Assembly (NCBI RefSeq): GCF_009914755.1
Contig: NC_060936.1
Direction: 5' to 3' (one strand)
Source: the human T2T-CHM13v2.0 reference genome, Homo sapiens
DNA: 64,000 nucleotides
The notes beneath the pieces were generated by a model. The model searched no databases. It had not been told where the DNA came from and worked only from the letters and a program-made list of their open reading frames with translations. This document shows, piece after piece, positions 22,231-50,234 of the stretch. Position numbers and translations under genes: made by a program. The first letter of the stretch is position 1. Each line of letters opens with the position of its first letter.

Positions 22231-22719
22231 CCCACCTTCTCTGGTTTTGTCTCTGCAGATAGCCAAGGAAACCTAATTATGCATCCAACTCTCTGGCCCA
22301 TTGGCTGAGTCACCTGCCGGGAAGCTTTCAGAATATTTATAGGTAACTGATCTACAGAAAACAGAAAGTGATACCATCTCCAGCCCCCACAACCTTTCTT
22401 CAGTCTCAAGTTTGCCGTCTCAGCTACTGTTTTCTAGAGGCCCAGTGGGAAGAGTATGCAAAGTGGCAGTAAAGTACATATGTAAACGTGTAGGCAAAAG
22501 GCTGAGAGGATTCTTACCAAACTACTCACAGTGGAAAATAAGAGTAATGTCCAAGCAGAGTTTAGTTTTGTCAGTCATGCCCTAATTTTGTTTTTGTTTT
22601 TTAGAATGTATTCATTCACATATTACTTGTGTAAGTGAAAGTCAATTGATATATATATAGAGATAATAGTAAAGAAAAGTAACCATGATTTGCGGTAAAT
22701 CCCCAAGAAGTTTAATGGA

Positions 22720-22990
22720 AAGCAGTGAGTGCAGAGATTACAAGGTGGACTCTGGGGCCGGCTGCCTGCCTTTGCATCCTAGCCCTGCTGTCTACTAGCT
22801 GTGTGACCTTGGGCAAGGTTCTCTTGCTTTCTGGGCCTCAGTTTCCTCATCTATAAACTAAGGATAATGATGGGACCTATGTTACAAGGTTGTCACAATG
22901 ATTTGATGAGCAGGTGTAAGGTGTTAAGATGGGATCTGGAACACAGAGTCTCAGCTGTAATAACTAAAATAATTAGTATTATCACTGTTT
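22720..22990 (+). mobile_element. MIR
   Basis: actagctgtgtgaccttgggcaag...cctcagtttcctcatctataaa. Confidence 0.9.
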
Positions 22991-23036
22991 TTGGTGGAAG
23001 AGTAAGTAGCAAGAAACTCTCTTGGTGAAAATACAA

Positions 23037-23414
<378 letters not shown>

Positions 23415-23439
23415 TCAGTTTTGTACTAATTCTAACAAC

Positions 23440-23990
<551 letters not shown>

Positions 23991-24184
23991 TCTGCACCAT
24001 GCAGCCCCATGTGTGAGGTCTTTTCCAGCTTTGCTTTGTCTGTGATGCTGGCAGTTGAGTTGCATGATAAGAGCTAGGAGTTTGGGGTTGGAGTACAGGT
24101 TCTTTTGAGCTTTTGGACCCTAGAGTTCTTTCATCTGTATAATGGGGCCAAGAACAATGCAGTGCCCTGAATTTGAGTTTTGTA

Positions 24185-24490
<306 letters not shown>

Positions 24491-24984
24491 TGAATTTGAG
24501 GGTTTTCTTTCCAGCTCTCTCCAGGGCTTTCTTTAGACTTTCTTCCTCATTTTGTCTCATCTTTCCAAACACCTCACTCACAAGATCACTTGAAGATCAC
24601 AGGAAGCCAGTGGAAGGTATCTGAGATGATTAAACAGCACCAGGTTTTTTAGCTATGTTATGTAAGAAGAGGAAAAGAGGGAAGTTGCAGGGGAAGAAAT
24701 TTGAATCAGATTACATTAAAGGATACAAGTGGGGCTTTCAGACAATGGTGACTTTTGCACAGGGTCTCATGAGGCAACACACGGGGGCACACACCTGCGT
24801 GTCTTCATGTAGATATGCTGTGTGAGACACCCCCGCAGCGGATGTTCTGGGGGAAAACAAGGAAGCTGTTAAATGATCCAGCTGTTCTGTCTGAATACGT
24901 TGCACATCTGGTGGCCTGGAAATCTCCAGGTGACTTTTCACTTTATATTCACTGTCTTGCTGCCTGGCCCCAATCTTGAGACTC

Positions 24985-25850
<866 letters not shown>

Positions 25851-25861
25851 AGAGCCTGGAG

Positions 25862-25995
25862 GGGCTTGGCGAGGTGGCTCATGCCTGTAATCCCAGCAAT
25901 TTGGGAGGCTGAGGCATGTGGATCACTTCAGCCAAGGAGTTCGAGACTAGCCTGGGCAACATAGTGAGACCTTGTCTCTTAAAAAAAAAAAAAGC
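25862..25995 (+). mobile_element. FLAM_C
   Basis: Left monomer with A tail. Confidence 0.85.
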
Positions 25996-26639
25996 CATCA
26001 GGATTTTCTGTTCTGCCAAAAAAATCCTGAGAGTCAGAATGTGTTAGGCCTTAATGCAAAACATTCATCTCTTCAGAGGAAAGAGTGGGTTTAAAAAATG
26101 TTTTTAATATAAGTAATTACTCCCCAAATGGAAAATTATTTTGTTCATTTTTTTCTTCTTATAACATCAGAACTTTCTGAGCCACACCAAAGACAGTATT
26201 CAAGTGTTGTTTATCTACTTTCCACTAACATCTAGCATCAGCGGTTTCTTTTCAAGAGGAGAAAAAAGTTTCCGGGCAAGACTGAGGCCTCTTGCTGGAT
26301 GTTGTGGGCTGCAGAGCAGGCTGCCATGTAGAAAATGCTAGAACAAGGAAGGAAATCCCCTTGCACCTCCTGTGTGGATGGGTGATGAGGAGTGGCTGCT
26401 GGCGGGGCTGTGTGAGAGACAGTTCTGAGGCTGCATCTCCGGGAGAAAGAGTGCTATGATCCATTGCTGATGTCTGCCACAATCAGGGAGGGGGCAGTCA
26501 CAGTGGGCTTGCCATGTATTTGCCATTCCTATACCAGAATCTAGAACTTGCCTGATATATCAGCATGGTCTGGGATAAGAGTATAAATGGAGGCCACATA
26601 CCATACATGTAAATATGTAAGTTAGAAAAGTCAGAAATC

Positions 26640-27297
<658 letters not shown>

Positions 27298-27735
27298 TTA
27301 TTCCAATAGCCTGGCCATGGGATCTTCCTCTAGGTCCCAGCAGCCCAGCCCCTGGGATTTCTCTGACAGCCTGTGCACAGGCTAAAGGAGCTGAAGTCTT
27401 CCCTGGGCCATCCTTGCCACCCACAATCCTGAGTGGTGACTGGATGTGCAGGGCAAGGCATGGTGACGGGACCTGCGGGGGCCTGCAATGGGGACTTCTC
27501 TAGGCGATTTTACTCAGGATTTCCAGGCAGTTCTAAATTACACTATCCCAGTAGCGGGGAGGAAGGAAGCATGGTTATCTGGGGAGTGTGATCTAAGACA
27601 TCAACTTTGGGCGATTAGAGGCAGTCGGCTTCAAACTGAAGGAGCCATTTTTCCTTCAGTGCCCAGCTCAATGTCTGGCACATAGTAGTTGCTCAGGAAA
27701 TATTTGTTTCAAAAAAATGAAAGTGTCAATGTCAG

Positions 27736-28094
27736 TGTTGTAGGATTTTTAAAGATGTTGTAGGACTCTCTCTGTAGTTCAGCTAAGAGCTGGATCATTG
27801 TCACACGGCCACAAAAAATTAGGCTTGCAGACAATTTGAAGGGTGAGGAAGGCAGGGTTTATTGGGTGAAACGGAAAAAAGGGAAACAGAGACCCTCCGC
27901 AAGGTCAGAGTTCTCCTGACATGCTTCCTGCCTCACAAATTGAATCCCAGGTTCCACCCAGGAACAGGAGGGGCCAGGCTCCTCCCCGCTGCAAATGGTG
28001 GCAGTTTCTGTGGCTCCACCCCAGTGCACACTCCTCCCAGTGGGCAGGCTAGTTGGAGTTTTTTTTGGGGACCCCCTTACACTTGACTGTCTCA
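27736..28094 (-). mobile_element. MER48 ERV1 solo LTR
   Basis: Minus strand tgagacagtcaagtgtaaggggg...tcctacaaca; near-TSD tcag/ttag. Confidence 0.85.
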
Positions 28095-28159
28095 TTAGGT
28101 CCTGCAACTCAGTACTCCCTCCCAAAGGTGAGGGACCAGGGAGTGCAGAGAGGTGCAGG

Positions 28160-29330
28160 GGGCTGATTTTATTTTATACAGGTGGTCAGAGGAGGACACA
28201 CAGGTAAAGTGACATTTGAGCAAAGACTGAGGGAAATGAGGGAGTGAGCCATGAAGGTATCTGGGGGATGAGGTGGTAGGCAGAGAGAACAGCCAGTGCA
28301 GAGGCCCCAAGGGCAGGTGCCTGTCATGTTTTAAGAACAGAAAAGTGCCGGGCACGGTGGCTCATGTCTGGAATCCCAACACTTGGGCAGGCTGGGGCCG
28401 GCAGATCACCTGAGTTCAGGAGTTCGAGATCAGCCTGGCCAATATGGCGAAACCCCGTATTTACTAAAAATACAGAAATTAGCTGGGTGTGGTGGGGCAT
28501 GCCTCTAATCCCAGCTACCTGGGAGGCTGAGACACGAGAATCACTTTTCCAGTTCTCTGTCAAAAAAAAAAAGAGACAAAAGAACAGCAAGGAGGCCTGT
28601 GTGGCTGGAATAGTGTGAGTGAAAGCGGAGCAAGGGGTTGTGTGATCAGAGGAGGCTGAGGCTTATTCCCATAGGGCCCTGTGGCAATGTTACGGGCTTT
28701 GGCTTTTATTCTGAGTGAGATGGGTTCATCTGAGAGTTTGGACCCCAGAACTGCCTTGCCCAGGTGAGAAGTGATGGACCAGTAACTTGGAGATGGGGAG
28801 AAGTGGTCAGATTTTAGATCTACAGTCGTCCCCCGCTTCTCTATGGTTTCACTTTCCGTGGTTTCAGTTATCCATGGTCAACCGCAGTCAGAAAATCATA
28901 AAATAGAAAAATTCCAGAAATAAATAATTTGTAAGTTTTAAATTGAGTGCCGTTCTGAGTAGCATAATGGAATCCTGCCTGTCCTCCGTTTTGGGACGTG
29001 AAACATCCTTTTGTGTCACTTGGTAGCTGTCTCAGTTATCAGATCAAAAAAACATAGTCTATGCAGGCTTCAAGGACCGTCCTCAGCTTCCGGCATCCAC
29101 AGGGAGTCTTGGAGCATGTCCCCTGAGGATAACGGGGGACTGCTGTGTGTTGGAGGCAGAGATGACAAAATTCGGTAAGGAATTGGGCATGGAATGGGAG
29201 AAAAAAGAGTCTGGGAGGATCCAAAGTTTTGGCCTGAGCAATTGGAAGGATGGAGTTGCCACTATTTCCTGGATCTGGGAAAAGGTGTGGGAGGCACTCA
29301 TTTAGGGCCACCAACCATAAATTCGACATG
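28160..29330 (-). mobile_element. L2 fragment hosting a 3'-deleted Alu (28346-28580) and MER44A
   Basis: gtgacatttgagcaaagactga...gaacagccagtgcagaggccc...gtttggcctgagcaattggaaggatggagttgcca. Confidence 0.75.
28823..29145 (+). mobile_element. MER44A TcMar-Tigger MITE
   Basis: TIRs cagtcgtccccc...gggggactgctg; ta/tg flanks. Confidence 0.85.
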
Positions 29331-29344
29331 AGAAATGGATTCAG

Positions 29345-29796
<452 letters not shown>

Positions 29797-29891
29797 TCAG
29801 CATGCCTCAGGCTGAAACCACCCATCTCTTCCCTGATTCCATCATTGTTTGGCCAGCTACTGCCTTTGTCTCTCAGTTTACACCCTGAAAG

Positions 29892-31108
<1,217 letters not shown>

Positions 31109-31258
31109 GCTCGTGGGAGAGGCTCTACTTGGCTACTGGCCAGCCAATGGGTTGATGGCTTTGGATCAGGTGGCCATGGCTGCCCCAGTCAGGGGCCCAT
31201 CTGGTCCAGAGGCTTCATCTGGGGAAGGGAGTGTGAGCTGGCAGGTAAGATCCTTTAG

Positions 31259-31578
31259 GGACGGTCGCAGCGGCTCATACCTCTATTTCCGGTGCTTCGG
31301 GAGGCTGAGGTACTAGTTTGAGGCTTCAGCTTCCTGAGGCTTGAGCCCAGGAGTTTGAGACCAGCCTGGGCAACACAGTGAGACCCCATCTCTACAAAAA
31401 ATACAAAAATTAGCCAGGCGTGGTGGTGTGTGCCTGTAGTCCCAGCTATTCTGGAGGCTGAGGCAGGAGGATCGCTTGAGCCCAGGAGCTGAGGCTGCAA
31501 TGAGCTATGATCACACCACTGCACTCCAGCTAGGCAACAGAGCAAGACCCTTTCTTAGAAAAAAAAAAAAAAAAAAAG
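31259..31578 (+). mobile_element. AluJ with an altered left arm
   Basis: TSD aagatcctttagg. Confidence 0.9.
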
Positions 31579-31824
31579 ATCCTTTAGGACTTTAGGATCC
31601 ACTTTGGTGCCTGCCCCTAGTCTCTGACATACCTGGCAAAGTAAACACTGTGGGCTTTCCATGTTTCCGCTGCTCAGCGATTGTCTCCCCATGCTGAATT
31701 TGTGACTTCTCTGGTTGATGGCTCTCAGGGGGACAGGCAGAGCACACCTCAAGGAAGCCGGGTTGCCTGTACACCCTTTCCCAGCATCCGTTGTAACCGA
31801 CTAATCAGCTGCACCCACCGATGA

Positions 31825-31952
31825 TTTTTTTTTTGAGTGGGGTCTTGCTATATTGCCCAGGCTGGTCTCGAACTCCTGGGCTCAAGCAATGCTCCTCCTG
31901 CCTTGGCCTCCCCAAATGCTAGGATTACAGGCATGAGCCACTGGGCCTGGCC
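31825..31952 (-). mobile_element. FLAM_C
   Basis: Antisense left monomer. Confidence 0.85.
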
Positions 31953-32224
31953 CATCCACAGAGGATTTGGACCCCGGGGTGGTCAGAGAAAGGGACAAAG
32001 AGAAATTTGGGGTGAGGGATGGAAGGTGGGGTGGAAGTGGCAGGACTGTCCATGTTCCAGGGTCAGCAGTAGCAGTCAGTGGGCTGGCAGCGTTCAGAGA
32101 CACAAGCTGGGGGGTTCTTAGCAGCCTGGTCCCAGGCAGGTTTCTGAGTGTGTTTCCCACTGTGTGTCTGTCTTCTGTGTGTGCCTTCCAGGCAATTGTG
32201 GGAGCTCATGGCTCTCCGTGTTGA

Positions 32225-34259
<2,035 letters not shown>

Positions 34260-34329
34260 ACCTTATTCATTTATTGGTTGAAAAAAAGTCTATGAAGTAT
34301 ATAAGACATAGAAAATGTATATATACACT

Positions 34330-34859
<530 letters not shown>

Positions 34860-34865
34860 TAATGA

Positions 34866-38073
<3,208 letters not shown>

Positions 38074-38116
38074 TTAAAGAGAAAAAAAATTTTTGAAGAG
38101 TCAAAATATGAATTTA

Positions 38117-38828
<712 letters not shown>

Positions 38829-38960
38829 TTAAAACATGATAATATACAGTATATAGGAAAGTGTCCAATTCTTAAGTACAAATTGCTGAATTTTTACCCA
38901 TGTTTAACCTATGCTTACATAATCACCACTAAGATCAAGATGTAGATCAGTATGCTGGGG

Positions 38961-39311
<351 letters not shown>

Positions 39312-39640
39312 AGATTTTTTTTTCTATTTATAGACCAGTAATCATGTACATATCCAAATATATCCTAATATGTACAATGTCCATCTGTATACTAACCTAC
39401 ACATGAGCAAATACATGCATATGCTAATATCCAATACAATTTTGTGTACTGAATGTAATTATCTCTCAAAAACGAGATCATCCTTTATGTAATATTCTAC
39501 ACTTTTCCATATCAATACATATCAAGAGATAAAGTATGATCCTGTTCATTCACACATGTATTAATTTACCAATCCAATCAACAAATACTTTTTTTGAAAT
39601 TATCCAATATACTCAGCTATGTGTCACTGAAAGGATTTAA

Positions 39641-40403
<763 letters not shown>

Positions 40404-40929
40404 TCATTCTTTTTTGCCACTGCACAATATTCCATGGAATTGATGGACATTTTCCGTTTCAAACCCTACCCAGCAGCCCGGGGTTGTGTAGTCCCTGCCA
40501 GACTTGTCTCTGCTCTTGGCCAGAGAACACATAGGTGGGCTGGGTGGGAGGCAGGGCTCTGAGGGTTGGCCAAGTTCCCCGGCCTGTCTGGGGATTCTTG
40601 GAGCTAGAGTTGAGGGACACATCTTCCTGCCTTCCCAATTCTTTGCCCCCGGGAGGCATCCTGTGGCCCCATCCTGTTCCCATTCTGTTATTTCAAGAAG
40701 CTGCCCTGGCTTATTTCTGGTCCTTTTCTCCCTTGTCTCTGTGGCCAACTGGGTCACCAGCTGGCCTCAGGGGCCTCCACCCACCCCACATCCGTTCTCG
40801 ACCTCTCACCCACGCAGGCGTCCAGCTGTTCCACAGCTGTGTCAGAGCCCCCAGGCCTGTGTCCACATTCTCTGGGGCAGTTGCCAGGCAGTCAGGGTCA
40901 CCCTTGGTCATGGGATAAAAGGACTCACT

Positions 40930-41190
40930 TAATGAGTACCTACTATGTGTGAGGTTGTCTGGTAGCCTTTTGCAGGTTTATGTTTAATTCTCGTAACAAT
41001 CCTGCCAAATAGATATTCTTATTCCCATGTTATGGATAGGGAAACAGGCTCAGAGTCAGAGATGGGGAATGATGGGGGAGCCTGAATTTGAACCCACCCA
41101 TTTTATGGATGGGGAAACAGGCTCAGAGAGCAGATGTCAGAGATGGGGAATGATGGGGGAGCCTGAATTTGAACCCACTGGTGCCAGAAG
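40930..41190 (-). mobile_element. MIR with an internal tandem duplication
   Basis: tgagtacctactatgtgt...gaaacaggctcagag present twice. Confidence 0.8.
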
Positions 41191-41269
41191 TCTTGGTTAC
41201 CCTTGTACCCTTGGGGTTCCTGAGTCATTAAGCAGTAAGCCTCAGTAAATATATGCTGAATGAATGAAT

Positions 41270-42900
<1,631 letters not shown>

Positions 42901-42952
42901 AAGATGGTTGTCACTCAGGGTGGAGGGCTGGCTTCCAGAATGGTGACTCGGT

Positions 42953-43369
<417 letters not shown>

Positions 43370-43778
43370 TTAGCCACTGTCCTCAGGGTCTTTGACCTTT
43401 TATTTCAATGCCCTCATTCTGAAGGGCCTGAGCTGGTCATGATCTGGACTTGCTATTTCCCTAACATCTTCCTCCTAGAACTTCAGAAGCCTGGCTGGGG
43501 TGCTCAGGAAGCTGCTGTTCTCCCCTAAGGGGCAGGAAACTGGGACAGCAGGTACCTCATTCAAGGTCACAAGGGTTAGGGCAGGGCTGCCTACAGAACT
43601 GAGGAGGCCAATCCCTCTTCCATCCATGCCCACATTGGTTTGACTTATCACCAGGCTTTTGTTGTGCCAAGTGGAGTATGAAAACAAAAAACTCCTCGGA
43701 ATAATGAAGATGTTTAGCAAGGGAGGAGGGAGAGAAGACATCCTGGATAATACAGCTTAAGGAGAGAAGAGAAGTTTA

Positions 43779-44319
<541 letters not shown>

Positions 44320-44643
44320 AATATCATCCTTGGTCTCCACTAGGAAACTTAAGCAAAAGTACTGTATGTCAATGCTTTAGGGGTCAGGTTTGTGGTTTGG
44401 GGGTGGAACAATGTGCTGAAACCAGTCCTTGGAAGATTCTGGAGTCTCAACTACATATGGGTTATGTCGGGAATAGTTGAGGAATGCCATGGGATGCTTT
44501 CTGCTCCAGATTGGAACTCCTGGAGATTGGGAAACACATGAGTCACTTCTGGGCCCCCACTAACCAGCACTGTGCATGAACAGAGTAGGGGGTTCAGGAA
44601 TTGTTTGTGGAATGAATGAACGAATGAGGAGAGGAGTAGGTCC

Positions 44644-45575
<932 letters not shown>

Positions 45576-46118
45576 AGTGTAGCACCCTTCCACACTGAAT
45601 AGTGCTGACCTGTGTGACCAGATGGATATTGCAGAAATGATGGTGTGTGATTTCCAGGTCTGAGTCATAAAAGACATTATGGCTTCTATCTTGCTCTTTC
45701 TTTCTTGGATCACTTGCTCTGGGGAAATCCAGCTGCCATGTTGTGAGGATACTCAAGCAGCCCTGAAAATCACAAACGTACACACACAAAGAATTTATTT
45801 AAAAAACACATGTGGCCTCCATCACTTGGAGTCTGTCACTTGGAGCCTGGAACTCAGAACTATCATGGCACAACCACAGTCCAAAACCTTCACTCTCATG
45901 ACTTATACGATTTAGACTCCAGAGAAAAGCTTCTCCACATCCCTTAGATTAGGTCCTCAAAATAACAACTGTGTCCTAATGCAGTGAAAGTTCATGGGTT
46001 GGGCTGCTGCCAATGTTGGAGATGAATGTGCTTATAGGGGGCAAGGATAATTTAAGAATTTGAGGCACTTAGATAAGAGCAAAGACCAGTGAATTAATTT
46101 ACCAAATTCTCCCTCTCT

Positions 46119-46375
46119 GGCTGGGCGTGGTGGCTTATGCCTGCAATCCCAGCACTTTGGGAGGCCGAGGTGGGAGGATCACTTGAGGTCAGGAAGTCAA
46201 GACCAGCCTGGCCAACATGATAAAACCCTGTCTTTACTAAAAATACAAAAATTAGCTGCTGTGGTGTCATGTACTTGTAGTCCCAGCTACTCAGGGGGCT
46301 GAGGCATGAGAATTGCTTGAACTTAGGAGGCAGAGGTTGCAGTGAGCTGAGATTGCGCCACTGCACTCCAGACTG
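46119..46375 (+). mobile_element. AluS lacking its 3' end and tail
   Basis: Stops at cactccagactg. Confidence 0.85.
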
Positions 46376-46460
46376 AGACAGCCTTCTTTCTGTGTTCCAC
46401 TTTGTGGTTCTGGAAGTCCTCACACATTAGTGTAATCTTTGCACAACTGCACAAGACAAC

Positions 46461-47014
46461 TGTAGGGGACACATTCTAAAATGCTCCCCAGTGATCCCTG
46501 CCTTCTAGCATTCACACCCCTGTGTAATCCTCTCTGCTGGAGTATGGGAGGGCCCTGGGACCTGCTCTTAGCATATAGAATGCAGCAAAGGTAATAGGAT
46601 TTCACATCTGTGACTACATGGCAGAGGATTGTAACTGCTGTCTTACATGCAGACTCTTCCAATTGATGTTCTTCTTTGCTGGCTTTGATGAAGTAAGCCA
46701 CCAGAGGAGTTGGCCCATGTGCTTAGAAACTGAGGGTGACTTCCAGCCAACAGCCAGCAAGAAACTGAGGCACTTAGTCTGACAGCCTGAACTGGATGCA
46801 CAACAACTGTATGACCTTAGAAGCAGATCCTTCCCCAGGCGAGTCTCAGATGAGACCCCAGCCCTGGCTTGACACCTTGATTGCAGCCTTATGAGACCCT
46901 GCAGCAGAGGACCCAACTAAGCCATTTCTGGATTCCTGACCACAGAAATGGTGAGATAGTAAATAAACTGCCAAATTTATGGTAATTTGTTAGGCAGCAA
47001 TATATAACTACCAC
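46461..47014 (+). mobile_element. MLT1E-type LTR, near complete
   Basis: TG...CA ends; near-TSD acaac/acaag; gctggctttgatgaagtaagc. Confidence 0.85.
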
Positions 47015-47048
47015 AACAAGAGGATCATTTAGAAACATTAAACAAATT

Positions 47049-47410
<362 letters not shown>

Positions 47411-47654
47411 TTAGCTGGTGTGGTGGCATGTACTTGTGAACCTCCCTTCATACTCTTGTCCTGGGTCCTGTGGCTGTCAGGGCAGGCTGGCTCAAGCTTA
47501 CTCACCTGGTAAATGGAGCTGAGATTCAAGCTTGGACCCCGAGGTCTGGGCTGTGTGAGATGGGACCCTGCCCTGGGTCAGCTCATCTTCCAGGTAGGAA
47601 GCTGCCACCTCAGGAAGCCGATGGGAACTGAAAGACTCTATGGTTAGAGGCAGG

Positions 47655-47830
47655 AGAACGACATAATTTGTGGGGCCATTTACAGAAAGAAAATGCATAG
47701 CCCCTTGTTTACCAATGACTAAGAATTTCCAAATGCTGACAGTAGATCACATGAGGCATCCTAAGGGCAAGCATGAGATCCTTCTAAGGGTAGAGTCCTA
47801 TGCAACTGCATGGGTCGCATGCCACTGGTG
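47655..47830 (-). mobile_element. MER45A-like hAT MITE
   Basis: ataatttgtggggcc...gaaaatgcatagccccttgtt...gcaactgcatgggtcgcatgcc. Confidence 0.6.
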
Positions 47831-48384
47831 GGGGGCTTCCTGGAGGTGGTGGCATTGGGTTCTCTCAATCCCCCTGATAATAGACAGGATTGAGTGTGGT
47901 GGAAAGAAGGGGCAAGAGCCAACGGAAAAGATGAGGATCATCTATGTATAGGACTCATCAGTGGCTTCTTTTAAAAATGAATTTATTTAAACAAAAATAT
48001 CAGTCATTTAAAGAAAAAATTAAGGAAATAAGAGCACATGTGATGTACAGATATGGAGAAAAAAATTGAGTTGTGTCATTTGAACGACTGGAGTTTGGGA
48101 AATTGCTATCTGGGTGTGTGCATCTACAGTGTGTAATTGTGAATCTATGCATGGGAGTCTGCATATGGATCTTTGATTGTATCCATGGAAATGAGTGAGT
48201 CTATGAGTGTGGGTGTGTGATATATTTATAAAAGTATGTGAAAGTGACAGTGTGTCTGAGCACATGTTATTGTGTGACTGTGTATAAGGGGGTCTGGGGA
48301 GGAAAATTTTTCTTATCCTAAGCTTCTCCAAGGGAAATGTACAATTGTGGACTTGTTTACACTGAGCACATCTCTAATACTTCT

Positions 48385-49123
48385 GTATCTGTCAGCTATT
48401 GCCACAATAATGCTGTGTAACAAGTATCTCTCTACCCCACTTAGTGGCTTCAAATGACAAACAGAAATGGGAAGAGACTGGGGATAAGAGTAAGACTTCT
48501 CTAAAAAAAAAAAAAAAAGAAAAGAAATGGGGAGAGATTGCTAATACAATAGGTATAGGGTTTCTTTTTGGGGTGATGAAAACATTCTAAAATTAATTGT
48601 GGTGATGGTTGCACAGCTATAAATATGCTAAAAACTGCTGGATTATACTGTTTACATTGGTGAATTTAACAGTACATGAATGACATTTCACATACTATTA
48701 AAAAGCCACAACAACAAACATTGATTTTCTTGCTTGTGAGTGTACGAATTAACTGTAGGTCTGCTGGAATCACTTGGGCTTGGCTCCTGGCTGCAGTTGT
48801 GTTCTGGTATGTTCCATGTATTTCTTCTACATTTTTTTTTTTAATCCTCTTGGGTCAGCAACTACTCAGGCATGTTCAAGGTGGCTAGCAGAAGTGCAAG
48901 GGGATGAGCAGACACATGTAATGTTTCTTAACACCTTGGCTTGGAGCTAGCACATCACCTCTGCACACATTCCACTGGCAAAAAATCTATGCCACTATCT
49001 ATAGCTATTGCCAAGCCTGACATCAACAGGAAAGGGAAATAGACTTTCCTCACTCTCATGCATTTCAAGGTCATGTGACAGAAGGGAGTGAAGAATTAAG
49101 AAAGATAATCCTATCTACCACAC
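48385..49123 (-). mobile_element. MLT1H/I-like LTR containing an L1MB 3' end (+, ~48463-48705)
   Basis: ctattgccacaataatgctgtgtaacaa; L1MB gggtttctttttggggtgatgaaaacattcta. Confidence 0.7.
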
Positions 49124-49751
49124 CTGTGTAACATGGTGCTCCTTCTCCTCTGAGATCTACTTAAACATGGCATAGACCCAAATTCCAAGTTGGAGACAGC
49201 TTAAAGCCTCCCGTCAATTTCTGCCTGTTCCTGTATCTTATATCCTCTTGCTCTTCTCTTCCTCATACTCCTCCTGGTCTCAGGGCTCTTGTGACTGTGT
49301 GAGCTATCTTGCTCCCACCCTGAGTCAAAGCCAGGTTAAAAGCCCCACCCCCTCACTATTTTTGAGAAGAAACCCAGTCACACTCAGCATTTAGTACATG
49401 TAGTGATTTTGTGGAAGATTTGAAAGGTTATGCAGAAGGATTGCAAGTTGCACAACCTTCTACTGCATTTATGGCCCCGCCACTCTCCCATTCCTGGTGG
49501 AGACATTAGGGAAGGCTTCCTAGGGGAGGTGGCATTTGAACAGATCTTGAAGGCTGAGAAAGAGTGAGGCATAAGATGGTGGCAGGAAAGAACATTCCAG
49601 ACAGAGGGAACAGCAGCATGGACAAGAGAGGAAACATCTGGTGTAGTCGAGAAAATGCAAGTCGTTGGCATGGCTGGAGTGGAAGATGTGAGCTGGGGAG
49701 TGCTGGGGGGGTGAGGCTAGAATGCTGCACAGGCCCATGAATGGCTTGTTC

Positions 49752-50160
49752 TGTGTTCAGCTAGGCTAGAACCACTTTTCCAGAATTACCATCTCCATAT
49801 GGTTCTGGGTTGGCATTAGCCACAGGAGAAATTTGTATGAGATTTGGAAGGTGGGAGTGAAACTGAGCCATATTTTTAATGCTAAGAAGGTCAATGCAGA
49901 GCCCCAGACACTGTGGACACAGCTTCCAGTTGGTGCTCTCAGTTGTCCTTGTGGTTCCCAGTTCATCCTCAAGGTTCCAATTTTTCCTAGCTCTCATTCA
50001 TGTCCAGCCTCCTCCTTGACAGCTGATATAAGTGACCCAGAGACAACATTAGTGAATAGAGTCCTCTACCAGCTCTCACAATTGTGTAAGGTCTAACCCT
50101 GTAATAAATCCCTTCTCTGATGCTCACAGTGGATCTCTGATTGAACCCTGAGTGATAGAC
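49752..50160 (+). mobile_element. MLT2E/F-like ERVL LTR
   Basis: agctaggctagaacc...ttccagaatt; end aataaatccc...ctctgattgaaccctgagtgatagac. Confidence 0.6.
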
Positions 50161-50234
50161 CTTTGTGTGCCACACTGAGGAATTGGGGCTTCATCTTATA
50201 GACTTGTTTTTCTCAACTTTTTGTCATTTGAGGA

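Noticed and set aside
40504-40932. Overlapping 127-148 aa ORFs in non-repeat GC-moderate DNA
   Set aside because: Open in several frames on both strands as expected from GC content; no convincing splice boundaries or recognisable peptide
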